Positions 12,100-24,709 of a DNA stretch of 64,000 nucleotides are shown in pieces (within the stretch, counting starts at the first letter, position 1; each line of letters begins with the position of its first letter). Below the pieces are notes generated by a model. That model was not told the DNA's origin, made no database searches, and was given only the letters and a program-made list of their open reading frames with translations. Both the position numbers and the translations under genes were made by a program. This DNA comes from Octopus sinensis. Lineage: Eukaryota. The DNA lies in NCBI RefSeq assembly GCF_006345805.1, contig NC_042997.1, positions 81,530,001-81,594,000 on the forward strand. Reading direction: 5' to 3'.

Positions 12100-12859
12100 T
12101 TAAATATGAAAACATCCCCTCTTATCATCACCCCTCATTTCCCTCACTGGTAATACTTATGTAAACAAAAACAAAGTGTGGTGCAAGAGACTATCTAAAA
12201 GCAATCAGCTACTCAATTACCCACATCTACAGTAAATTTGTAAGATATTTAAGAAATGTCTGAGGCTAGCTGAGAACATCTCAGTGAGCCTCTTGTAGGT
12301 CACATGCCACTTTTTGCCAATCTTTGGCCTACTCCATTTGTGCTGCCCAAATTTAAAGAACACTATAATTAAGTTAGCATTGGCTTGACATATTTAATGC
12401 AGGGAGCTTAAAAGAAAAAAGAGAAGCAAACTGAGATTGAGAGGGGAAAATAAAACAATGTTAGTCAATGTTTGATATTATTTTTAATGTGACATCTCAA
12501 GACATGTTTTAGTCTTATTCTGATGTCATCAGTGAAGAATAGACTTCACTATACTTGGAAGAATTACTTAGTAAATTACAAGATTACAACTGATTGGTGT
12601 AGAAGAATAGAGTAGTTTAGAGAATAAATCATTCTGAGATTCAACTTTGCATAAAATCAATTCTTTAGTGTTAATATATTTAATGCAAGGAGCATTAAAA
12701 AGCTAATTAAAAATAAATTTGATATTTGAGAGAAAAAAGAATTAATATTGTGTATTAAGAGCAGGGACAATTGTGGATGAGTCTTAGTCTTATTCTGACC
12801 TCATCAGGGTAGCATACTTGTGAATGTATCATTATCTTTTATTTGTTCAAAAAATTTGG

Positions 12860-13160
12860 ACAGCAGCCATGCTGGGGCACTACGTTGAAGGGTTTAGTCA
12901 AACAATTTGACTCAAGTATTTATTTTTTTAAGCTTTGTACTTATTCTCTCAATATCTTGCCAAACTGTTAAGTTATGGGGGATGTAAACAAACCCACACC
13001 TTTGCTGGACAGTGATGGGGGACAAACATAAGAACACACACATAAATATGTATATACATCAGGCTTCTTACAGTTTCCATCTGTCACATCCATTCATAAG
13101 GCTTTGGTTGGCCCAGAACTAATAGTTGAAAACATTTGCTCAAGGTTCTTACAGTAGGAA
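12860..13160 (-). mobile_element. SINE family b (a degraded copy also lies at ~9355-9680 on -)
   Basis: Reverse complement of the family b body and tail. Confidence 0.75.
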
Positions 13161-13538
13161 TAGTTTCTTGATTGAACTAGACACTGGAATACTGGCTCAT
13201 GCATTGTAGTTTCAACTGCCTCTGATTCAGAATAGGAGAGTTAATTATGCATTGCCTCAGTGAATAAATGATAGACTTTTCTCATCAAGATATTTGCAAT
13301 ATACTAGTAACCTATCCTGGAGAAGATTATCTTTCAGCCATTTAAAGGTATGAAAAACTGCATTTGACTGTTCATGCTTTTTCTGAAATGTTCACTACTC
13401 ATGGAATTCCATTGTTGTCCATATTTTATCTTCTACATTGAATCTGTAATAACTAAAATCAAACAAGTGCACTAACCTCTTCACAAATTAACAAATGAAT
13501 AAAAAGTGAACATTTATTTTCCTTGTTACTATCTTCAA

Positions 13539-14088
13539 CCTTTTAGCATTTCAACTGGCCATATCCAGCCCAATTATTCTACCTGCCATATGTTAAAACC
13601 AACCACATCATCTGAACACTCACATTATCCTGCAATATCCTTCTAAAAATAAACAGTCACGTCATCCACATTTCAAACCTATGAAATAATGCTTGATTAA
13701 ATTCAGAACTATGTGAATAAATAAGCATTACATTTGACAGCGTGAAGGTGTGTGGCTTAGTGGTTAGGGGATTCGACTCATGATCACAAAGTTGTGAGTT
13801 TCAATTCCCAGCGATGCATTGTGTCCTTGAGCAAGATACTTTATTTCATGCTGCTCTAGTCCACTCAGCTGGCAAAATTGAGTAGTTCCTGTATGTCAAA
13901 GAACCAGCTTTGTCACACTCAGTGTCATGCTGAATCTCTCTGAGAACTACATTAAGAGTACATGTGCCTGTGGAGTGCTCAACCACATACACGTTAATAT
14001 CATGAGCAGGCTGTTCCGTTGATCAGATGAACTGGAACCGTCATCGTCGTAATCGACGGAGTGCCAGAATAATCTGAATGCCAAAGGG
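13539..14088. mobile_element. piggyBac-type MITE interrupted by a family c SINE
   Basis: ccttttagcatt ... atgccaaaggg|TTAA; internal homology to the other copies. Confidence 0.7.
13741..14066 (+). mobile_element. tRNA-type SINE, family c (gtgtccttgagcaag...ctccagtccactcagctg core); related copies at ~32680-32990 (+) and ~35335-35530 (-)
   Basis: Box A/B-like head (ggcttagtggttagg...gagttcaattcc) followed by a shared core. Confidence 0.75.
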
Positions 14089-14636
14089 TTAATAACTCTT
14101 GTTGCTCTTTCCATTGTTACCACTGTGACTTCTAAATTCTTCTTGTTTCCTTTCCAACAGTATTATCACTTTGTGAAGTTTTTTGACTTCATCTTGAATT
14201 TTGTGCACAGTACACTTTACTTATTCATGCTATTCCCTCAATCCACACTTTGCTTCTTGTTTTTAGATTTGATTTTTCATATTGTTTATAAATAACTTTT
14301 GCTTTCATTTATCTTTTGGTGGCAATTGTTTATTTTCCCTAATTCCTTTTTTTACTCTTAGGCTGTCTAATAGTGATTTTGTCAGTTTTAGTTCTTGTCT
14401 GTCATTCTGTATAAGTTGTTCTTTTACTACTGTATAATAATTGTTCATGTAACCCTATGTCAATTTTACTCAAAGTGAGAACTGAACCAACTATGATTGT
14501 GATTTATTTTATGTTATGTAACTTATTGATTATAGATTTGCCTGTATGTTTATTAAAAAAAACCTTTTAAGTAAATGAAAAGTATATATATGAATAAATT
14601 GTTTAATCTTATTGCATTCTGCTCCACGCTTTTCAG

Positions 14637-14797
14637 CAAATACCAACAGCGAGTACCATATGATTTGCTGTCTGGCCTTGCTCATGCTTTGTTAGATGGT
14701 ACGGTCTTTGAAATTGTCCAAGGCTTATCTGAAGTACAGCATTTGGAAGAGAAGAGTTTATTTAATCAGCGAGTGAAACAGACAAATGATCATAAAG
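14637..14797 (+). CDS. DGCR6: DGCR6 coding exon 2 ([54 protein letters not shown])
   Basis: tttcag| acceptor and G|gtactg donor; 161 nt; contains the family motif [25 protein letters not shown]. Confidence 0.95.
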
Positions 14798-16177
14798 GTA
14801 CTGTAGCTAATTGTTCTTGTTTTGCATTTTTCTGTGTACCCTTCCACTGTGATCTGGTTCTGTGATAGCAGATCTTTTCAGCTTAGGATGTTGAAATTTA
14901 ATTTCTTTAATAATCCTGTTATTGGAATTTCATATGTACACATGTATTTCAGTTTTATGTAAATATTTGGTAGATTTTTTCCCAAAGTCATCTAAAAACC
15001 CAAAACTTGTCACAGCTGACTATCACTGATCTGGTGTTACCCTTTTCATTTGAAAGTTGTTGGAACACTGTACCAGATTGTAAAAAATAGGGAGTTTCCA
15101 CATATGTTGTTCTTTTGCTAAATTTTTATGCTCCCCTATATCAAGGGAAAATTCAATCTGATTCATGAACCCTGTTTTCATCCCTCTCTGAAAAAATTGA
15201 ACTGTTATTAGTCCTTGTTATGCCACAACAATAATCCAGATATTCTGCATTCAGTGAGACACAGGCAGAGAAACTAAGCATGTGTTATTTCTTGCCTACA
15301 CAATCAGCTGCAATGTCAGGAGTTTGTATCTGTATCCATGTCAAGACATTTAATCTTTTTTGACTAAGTCCTCATAACTCTAAATTATGTACTGCAAAGT
15401 GGCATAATTCATTGTTGTAATTAGTAACATTTTTATAACCATGATTAATTGGCTTGCAATTTTAAATTCAGTTCCCTCTGTGATGAAATTAATTCTGTTC
15501 AGAATTATTTACCCTTTATCTGCTGAGTTTTAGTGGAGCTAGGTACCATCCTATGGATCCATGTAGTTCAAAAAAATTATTTTAAGGTGAAAAGTCAGAT
15601 TGAAGTTGAAGTTTATTATTTCTCTAATGTAGATTCTCTGTTTCTGTTCAGCTGTTAATTAAAATAATGACCAAGGAAAATTAGCAGGGATGACATTTCC
15701 ATGGAAAATAATTAGTCACAATTATAACAAGCAAAGAAACTTCAATTAATCATGACTGTAAGAAGCAGGAGCAACAACTTTGTATATCAAAAATTCAAAT
15801 GGGTTGACTGAATGAAAATGTCAGTTAATTGGAAATAGTTATGTAGTGAGGTAAAAAAAAAATGTAAATCTGATCATTTCCATATATTTTGATGGCTTTG
15901 AACATAGTTTGATCCTATTAGACCTCCTCAATGAGGCACAGTCTTTACTGTGACTGGCTGATCTGTAAAATAAATTGCAATATCTATACACAGTAATGCA
16001 AAATCATAGCTTAATGACAGAGAAACTAACAAGGGATGTAGGTAGATTTTAGGTCTATTGATTCAGTTTTTTTCTCAATGTTTTTTACTTTAAAGTTATA
16101 AATTGGAAGAAGAAAAAAACCCCAATTTTTTGCCAAATAACCACATGCACTATATACTTGTTCTTCACTTCAGGTTT

Positions 16178-16776
16178 ATTATTACCTCTACCTTAGCAAA
16201 GGCAGAGGTATTGTTTTTAGTTGTGTTTGTTGGTTTGTCCATGGACAAGATATCTAAAGAACCGCTGGATGGATTCGGATAAAACTTTCAGGGATATTTG
16301 GTCTCGTGACTGGCATGAACTGTTTAGATTTGTGGATCAATCTGATACCGGACAAAGATTCTGGATTATTTGTTATATTTACTTTACATAAGTATGATTA
16401 CAATCTTACTTTCAAGTCTTTCTCAATTATCTCCCTTTAGGCTGTAACTATATTGAATGGTGAATTTGATAATTTTGGCTTGTATTAGATAAGAATAAAC
16501 TATTTATTACTGTTAATAAATTTTCTACAGCCACCATCACATTCCATAACTACCATTGGGATCAATCAGGTACTTAACAAGGATTTTGGATTATTTTTCC
16601 GTTATTTTTTTTTACTTCATTTTTGAGAGTAGTTGGGTTCATTTTTAATATTCTCATTTGTGAGAGTAGTTGAGTTTATTTCAGATATTCTCATTTAAAA
16701 AATCATCTCTGTCTAATTGTTGAGAGGATGTTGGTGTTGCCTTGGTGGAGGTTTGTGCTCTCTGGGTGCCCTTGTT
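16178..16776 (-). mobile_element. Helentron-associated (HINE/DINE-1-like) non-autonomous element
   Basis: End stem-loop tacctctaccttagcaaaggcagaggta; other end is the reverse complement of aacaag.gcac.cagagagc.caaacctccacc; homologous to 33678-34418. Confidence 0.65.
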
Positions 16777-17601
16777 ATTCTTATTTTAGTGTCCTTTGTC
16801 TGAAATCTTTTGTCACGCATCCTGTAATCTCTTCAGCAACTCCCCAAATATAACAATATCTGTTTCAATATATATCTTCACATCAGGAATCTTGCAAAAC
16901 AAATACATAAACATAATTGCCTATTCATTTTTCACTAATTGTACATTTGTATAACAGTATTGTGAATATCATGTTTTTCAATAAGCTCAAAATTTAGTGT
17001 TGCTTTTCTAATACCTTAGATTCTATTTTTTAAATCTTCAGAGCCCTTGGATACCTCTTGTGATGCACTAGTGCATGCCATTTGAAAGCCACTAGTTGAC
17101 TGAAATTTTCTTTTTCACTGTATTGTGTTACTACTTTATTAAATACTAATTGTGCCATGAATATCATTTGTATGAAGCAAGAAGTCCTGTTGTTGTCTCT
17201 GCCCATATTATATTACTTGGGTTTTGATATACCCTAGTTAGTTGGTGACTCCTTGACCCTGTGTAAATTTCTATTGCATCAAATAATTTGTACCTATCCA
17301 CACATATACACAGATGATGTGATGGAAAAGCTGCAGTAGACAAACAGTGGGATAAAATGTCAAAGCAAGACTGGTAGGATTTGAACTTGGTCATTAATCA
17401 ACAAAATTAATTACAGTTCAGCATCTGTGCCATCTTTACAGAGCTGGTAATAATGCCCAATATAATAGTAATATTAATCATTTCAAATTTTTGCACAAGG
17501 CCAGTAAGTTTAGAAGATTTGTTGCTTGATTATATATTTTATGATTTCAATTTGCATATTTTCCAATAACTAAGAATTAAAGTTAAAGAAAGTTTCATAT
17601 A

Positions 17602-18390
17602 CAGGGTGCGGTGAATAAATTGTCGTCTAAACTACTCAAAAATGAAAATAATACTGACATCTCATTTTAACAGATATATTCACCAAATTACATAAAAATA
17701 TCTTGAAATACTAAAGAGTAAATTCATTCAATAAAGTCACTATTGGCTTCAACCATGGCTTCCAGACGACTTGATAATCTTCTGCAACTCTTCTGGAGAA
17801 TCTTCCGCAACTCTCCTTGTTTAAGTTGGTGAATGCTGCCATAATCCTTGCCGTCAGTTCATCTTTGGTGTTACAAAGTGTTTTCTTGGTCTCTCGCTCA
17901 ATTGTGCCCCACACATAATAATCAAGGGGGTTGCAGTCTGAAGAGTTAGGTGGCCAGATGTTAGGGGTGATGTGGTTGCAGAAATTGTCTGACAGCCATG
18001 TGTGGCATGGTGCAGAGTCCTGTTGCCAGACATAGGGCCTTCCACCCTCTTGACCCAGGGCAGCACTACTTCCTCCAGGCACTTGATGTAGGCCTCCCTG
18101 TGTTGAGTCACAAATGATCACTTCAAACATCATGATGTTGACTAGATGTTTGATTTTTATCACTCTTGGTACATGTTTTGGGGACACTGCAAGCCAACGG
18201 TTGTTCTGTGTGTTCACCATCTGATCCAGGCAGACATTTTTCTTGTCTGAGGAAAACCAAAGCATGTTTGGTTGGAGGGGATGCTTGTGTTTGTTCAAAA
18301 GATTCATAATGTGGTCTTATTGAATATATTGGTATAAAACCAACATTTAAACTAAGCAAGCAGGACAAAAACTTCTGTTGAAAAGCATTT
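17602..18390 (-). mobile_element. Tc1/mariner-superfamily relic (maT/DD37D-like), one end present
   Basis: TA|cagggtg terminus; ORF 17711-18307 with QQDSAPCH and IWPPNSSDCNPLDYYVWG. Confidence 0.8.
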
Positions 18391-19254
18391 GGTTTGCACT
18401 AACATTTATAACAACTTTTGATTTTGATGTTCATGTTTGACCTTTTGACAATCTCTGGAGTGAGATATAACTTATCTGGGATGCTGGCCATCTAGATGTT
18501 ATTCATAATGTTCAGACAACTAATTACCTGCTTTTGAGCCAAGTTAATCAAGTCTGTTTGATTTAGCAGCGACTGGAGGAGTACATACACTCCAAATATG
18601 CATTTACATTTTATCTTGCATCCTGTAGGAAGTTTTTATCCTTTTTGTGAACCTTATGAAGGAGATGACAAAGGACTGAAATATATGATGCATTGCTGTA
18701 CTCGAGAAGACCTACCCATCACAACAGAATTGAGATCCTAAAACTAAGGTGCCACATAAAAGCCATTGGTATTGGTGCTGGTGCCATTTAAAAAGCACTG
18801 GTGATGGTGCCTGTAGAGTGTGTTGGTGTTTGGAAGGGCATCCAGCCATAGAAGCCAAGCAAAAACATTATAGAACCTGGTGTGGACCCTGGTCTTGCCA
18901 GTTCCTGTCAGCCATCCAACCCATGCCAGCATGGAAAATAGACAGATGTTGTTGATGATGATAATGATTGTATGACAAGTGTTCATTTACCAGCATTCTA
19001 TACTGAAACACCTTATCAAGCGAATTGACTGAAGAAAATTATTTTGAATTTAGTTAATGTTTTCTGAAGTGATGTACAAAGTGGAGAGAAAAGCAAAATT
19101 ATCACCAGTGCCAGCATGAAAAACGATAACTAATAATAAATATTTGTTTTCCTTTCTTAATCTTAAATTAAAATTTCTGTTTATGGTATTACATTTTATT
19201 ATTTGTAATATTTAATTTACTGAAGAACCTCTGCTTTTGTTTACATTTCCTTAG

Positions 19255-19361
19255 CCCAGAAGCATGAAATGACAAAAAAACATAAGGAGTTGCTTCAAGC
19301 CTGTGAAAACAAACCTCACAATTTACCTCTGGTGCAAGCTCAAGTGGATCGTGAACGAGAG
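19255..19361 (+). CDS. DGCR6: DGCR6 coding exon 3 (A-QKHEMTKKHKELLQACENKPHNLPLVQAQVDRERE)
   Basis: catttccttag| acceptor and GAG|gtaaat donor; 107 nt; PHNLP motif; phases fit exons 2 and 4. Not in the ORF track because it has no start codon. Confidence 0.92.
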
Positions 19362-19851
19362 GTAAATCAGTTACTTCCCTCTCTATTATTGATTAGCTAT
19401 TAGTTATTTCATTATCTCAATGTCACTGGTTGCACTTCATATTATAAACCAGAAAAGAAATTACAAGATATCTGGTGCCACTTTTATATGCAGTCTACCT
19501 GGCCATTTACATTTTATCATGCAATCTAACCCTCACCTTAATCATAAGCTAGATAAGGTCATTTCATAGTGTAGACTGAAGTAGCATGAAATATCTATGC
19601 CCTTTTGTAACTCTATTACGTATGTCTGAGAGAGTGGTGTGTTGACAGAACCTTTAGAATATCAGACAAATTACTTCACTGTATCTAATTTAAGCTCTTT
19701 TATGTTCTGAATTCAGATATATATGCATATATATATATATATATATATATGATGATGATATATATATATATATACACAAAAAAAAAATCAGGGTGAATAC
19801 TTGATAACTGTAAGCACCTGTATATGCCAGTTAGTGGTGTAGGTGATAGGG

Positions 19852-20315
19852 TATATTTATCAAAAGAAAAACAGGATGCAAAGGATTTAGCGGTACATAT
19901 GTTTCTGGCTTTATTGGACAGTTTATATCAATGCATAATTGATGTAACATATATGTCAATAGCCTTCTTCAGCCGCGTACAATTACCACACCAAAGACAT
20001 GTATTACATTATAGCAGGTTTGAGAAGAAGTTTGGGAAAAAGATGAGTTTCGTTGGGAATGCAAATCCTCATAGTCGTATATGGCAAAGCGAGACACCAA
20101 AACAAAACGTCCATCGAAACTCGTCTTTTTCCCAAACTTCTTCTCAAACCTGCTATAATGTAGTACATGTCTTTGGTGTGGTAATTGTACGCGGCTGAAG
20201 AAGGCTATTGACATACATGTTACATCAATTATGCATTGATATAAACTGTCCAATAAAGCCAGAAACATATGTACCGCTAAATCCTTTGCATCCTGTTTTT
20301 CTTTTGATAAATATA
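19852..20315. mobile_element. Fold-back/MITE-like element: 201-bp inverted arms, 62-bp spacer
   Basis: 19852-20052 is the reverse complement of 20115-20315 with 3 mismatches; TA-rich ends. Confidence 0.9.
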
Positions 20316-22329
20316 TATATATATATATCATCATCATCATCATCATTTAACGTCCGCTTTCCATGCTAGCATGGGTTGGACGATTTAACTGAGGTCTGGC
20401 GAACCAGACTCCGATCTGATCTGGCAGAGTTTCTACAGCTGGATGCCCTTCCTAACGCCAACCACTCCGAGAGTGTATATATATATATATATATATATAT
20501 CATCGTCATTTAATGTTTGCCTTCCATGCTAACATGCGTGGGACGGTTTCACAAGAGCCAGCCAGGCAGAAGCCTGCACCAGACTTCTGTGACTGTTTTG
20601 GCAGGATTTTTACAGCTAGATGCCTTTCCTAACACCAACCACTCAGCAGTGAGGACTTTGTGCTTTTTTGAAAATTTGCACTTAATCTTAAAATTTCTAA
20701 ATCTGTGACAGCAACTAAAAAGATCTCTATCTCTTTCTTTTTTCACTTTTCTCATGGTAAACTTTCCCCCTCTCTATGCATTTTTAACATACTCTCTCCT
20801 ACTCTTTATAAAAGTATATTGTTCACAATGAGTGTGTGTGTTTGTCAGTGTGCATGCATGCATGTCTGCAAAGAATTTCATTAGAGCGATAGAATGTTTT
20901 TAAAAAGGTATGTAAATGATAATTTATTTTAATAGCATACTTTTCTGTTATTAAATGTTTTTCCTTACCACACACACACACACACACACAACCACACACA
21001 CTTGATGTTGGATGGAGAAATTGAAAAATTAAATTATTTAAAAATTAAATTGCAATGGACCACTCCATCATCATTCCAAAAGATGTGTTTATGGGGAGAA
21101 AAATATTGAAAAACATTATCACAGAGTGACAAAGAAATGAGTAATGGAGCAGGTGGTCGTGGGATGTGCTAGAAACAACAGCTAAATCCCCCTTAAATCA
21201 AACAACTTTTCGTTTGAAAACTATTCAGAAATTGTAAACACAAACAAATTGCAAATTCAGACTGTCTGTATTTTGAAAATATGATTTCAAAATAAATTTG
21301 GAAAAAGCCAAAATTTTAGGATTTATGGAGGGGTGGAATTAATGAAAATATTAAAAAGGCTTTCGTTATTGCTTTTAAATTAAGTTTCATTTTCTGTTTG
21401 AAAATGAAGGAAGTGGGGATTGTGATTTGATTGCCATTTCCAAAATTTTTTCTTTTTTTTAAACCTTCAAGTTTTCTCCCATTGTTTTTAAGTGCATATC
21501 TATCTATGTAAATATGTGTATATATGTGTAGCTCTACATATATATATACACACACATACACATATGTATATATGCGTTTATGTGTGTGTGTGTGTGCCAT
21601 TAAAAAAAAACAATTACATTTTCGCAACATATATAATTACATTTGTCCATATGTTTAATCAAATTGCCTTTAATATGGCCTTATTAGATTACAGTTAATG
21701 CAATGTGGCCTTCACACTTACAAAATAATAATAATAATAATAATAATAATTTCTCAACACTAGTGTAGACCAGCAAATGTGACCAGCTTTGGTATGTTGT
21801 TTCCTTCATTGTCTTACATGTCTGTTGTTTTCATTGTTTAATTGTTTAGCCCCAGGTCAACACTGGTCAAGCAAATCTATGATGAATCATTCTGTCTTCT
21901 TCCTACATACAAGGAACCCAAGACCCATGTTGTCTAAATTGTATTTTTTTTTAAAGACAATAGGATGTGATTCCAGAGAAATTTGGTTGCTATTTCTAGC
22001 AGGGTATTAGTGTGTGGTGGTACAATGAAGGTAAAAAAGCTGTTTTTAGTCGGAGCATGATAGTTGCTGTTCTTCTTGGCAGTGTTGATTTTAATCCCAA
22101 CAAAGTAAAACAAGATACAGTAATGTGAGTTTTATTTTTCAGTTCACTTTTGTATGGTGAGCTGAAATTTATGTGTGTGTGTGTGTGTGTGTGTGCTGAT
22201 ATTTTGTTTAGACATAGTGATACTAATAACCTGCTGTTTGCATTTTATGGTAGAAACAGCTGTGAGCTAATGAAGTTCATTCCATAATTCTTTATTCCCT
22301 TCTCATTTATTTTATTTCAACTATATATA

Positions 22330-22700
22330 TAAATGATGTAGCGCTCATGCCACTACATCATTTGTACATTGTAGAGCCTCTACCACCAGCATTGCCTAAA
22401 CAACCTTAACATTAGATTCAGAATTCATCAAAGGCCGAGGCCACATGCCCATACACCCTCAACACAATTCAGGCTCACAATGCATAAATTTACTGCAACA
22501 ATTTCTTTTCTTCAACAGGCCCTACTCTATTTAACATTATCCCAAAACAAATCAAAGAAGAAAAAGATCCCATTGTCTTCAAGGGATACCAGATGAGCCA
22601 CCTATACCTGGATACATCTCAGTCATCAACTCCCTGCTTGAATAGGCCATAATGCCACAAAATTTTACTTTAAAATGACTTGATAGATTCTATCAGGTGG
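22330..22700 (+). mobile_element. Old CR1/Jockey-group LINE 3' fragment
   Basis: Degenerate GPTLFNIIPKQIKEE...IPDEPPIPGY-like translation, typical of such C-termini; recognised from memory. Confidence 0.45.
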
Positions 22701-23589
22701 TGCTGTTAAGTTAGACTTGCCCTGGGCCAACCTCTGGCTGAAACATATCTAAGTTATGTAAGTTGTACACACACATACACACACACGCACGCGTGCACGT
22801 GGTAGGCTGCTTTCAGTTTCCATCTACTAAATCCATTTACAAGGTTAGATGTTTCGATTGTCTTGTTTACAATTTAATTCTCAATTCATACTGGAAGTCG
22901 ATACCAATCCATTCAATTATATTGTAGTAATACAACGAATTATATTACCGTTCCTAACAGATCAAATTTTTTAAATAGATTTTGTAGCTTGTTGATTTGA
23001 TATGACTAATGGGTCACCTGTTAATTTGCGTTAAAACGGCTTCATTGCAGTGTAACCTAAACATAATTGTGTGACACCATCCGCATGATGAATAGTTGAC
23101 AAGTGGATAGCAGGACCAACCGGTTGGCAGGTGGGGGAAAGAAAAACAGAAAAGGAAAAAAAAATTAGTTGATAAATATATTTGATATTTTTTTTTTGCG
23201 AAACGATGGGAGATAACTCTGGCCTTAGGTATCTTGCTGTGGTAGAAGTAAATGAATCTGTAAACGTGCAGAAATATCTATTTGCTGGCATAGAAAATTG
23301 AATTGTCTCCCGTTACAGCATTTAGTACTGCCATATCGAAAAGACTCGACTAATTGTAACTGAAGACAGCAAGGATGCCTATGCGTGGAGTTTCAACATG
23401 CTAAAAATAGAAACTAGGTTCCTTCAAAACAAAAAATTTCAACAAAAGAGAAACACAATGAACAGTGTAATTCTAGATATACTATACAAGAAGAGGCTAA
23501 ATTGTCTTTGATCATAGGTCACTCAATTAGGTTAAACAACCAATTGTAGCACTCCACTAATTACACTTCCTATGCTCTGTCTTCTTCCA

Positions 23590-24295
23590 CAGACCGTCGT
23601 TGTGTGGTAAGAAGTTTGCTTCCCAACCTCATGGTCCTGAGTTCATTCCCACTGCGTGGCACCTTGGACAAATGTCTTCTACTATAGCCTTGGGCCAACA
23701 AAAGATTTGTGAGTGAATTTGGTAGACAAACTGAAAGAAATCCTTCGTGTGTATGTGTGTGTGATCATCATCATCATCATTTAATGTCTGCCTTCCATGC
23801 TGGCATAGGTGGGACAGTTTCACAAGAGCCGGCCAGGCAGAAGCCTGCACCAGACCTCTGTGACTGTTTTTACAGCTGGATGCCCTTCCAAACACCAACC
23901 ACTTTACAATCTGGACTGGGTGCTTTTAAGTGGCACCTGCACTGACAGGATCACCAAGTACTTGCAAAACAAAAGAAACAAAAAATTTCAAGTTGGGAGG
24001 AGGTGATGGTGGAGGCATTGAAGGAGGTGATCTTGTGTTGAATGATGAAATGGTCATGTGTGTGTATATTTATGTGTGCATCTTTGTGTCTGTGTTTGTC
24101 CCCCATCTTCGTTTGACAATCAGTGTTGGTATGTTTACATTCCGGCAACTTAATGGTTCGACAAAAGAGACCAAGAGAGTAAGGACTAGGCTTACAAAGA
24201 ATAAATCCTGGGCTTCATTTTTTCAACTAAAAAAAAATCCTTTAAGGTGATGTTGCAGCATGGCTGCAGTCAAATGACTGGAACAAGTAAAAGGA
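23590..24295 (+). mobile_element. SINE family b interrupted by an RTE-tail element (~23762-23960, - strand)
   Basis: Family b head 23590-23760 and tail 24050-24295 flank a (CAT)n-starting insert. Confidence 0.75.
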
Positions 24296-24312
24296 ATATA
24301 TATATATATATG

Positions 24313-24695
24313 AAGTGGGTGTGTGGCTTGCTTACCAACCACATAGTTCCGGGTTCATTCCCACTGTGTGGCACCTTGGGCAAGTGTCTTCTACTATAGC
24401 TTTGGGCCGACCAAAGCCTTGTGAGTGGATTTGGTAGACAGAAACTGAAAGAAGCCTGTCATATATATGTATGTGTGTGTATATGTTTGTGTGTCTGTGT
24501 TTCTCCCCCCAACATTGCTTGACAACCGATGGTGGTGTGTTTATGTCCCTGTAACTTAGCAATTCGGCAAAAGAGACTGATAGAATAAGTACTAGGCTTA
24601 CAAAGTATAAGTCCTGGGGTCAATTTGCTTGACTAAAGGCGGTGCTCCAGCATGGCTGCAGTCAAATGACTGAAACAAGTAAAAGAGAGTAAAAG
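24313..24695 (+). mobile_element. SINE family b, near full length
   Basis: Head, (TG)n middle and ...gcagtcaaatgactgaaacaagtaaaaga tail. Confidence 0.85.
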
Positions 24696-24709
24696 ATATA
24701 TATGTATAA

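Noticed and set aside
14575-14865. 96-aa single ORF
   Set aside because: Only 14637-14797 is exonic; the flanks are intron read-through.
19824-20346. Two similar 124/125-aa ORFs on opposite strands
   Set aside because: They mirror each other only because of the fold-back arms; no recognisable domain.
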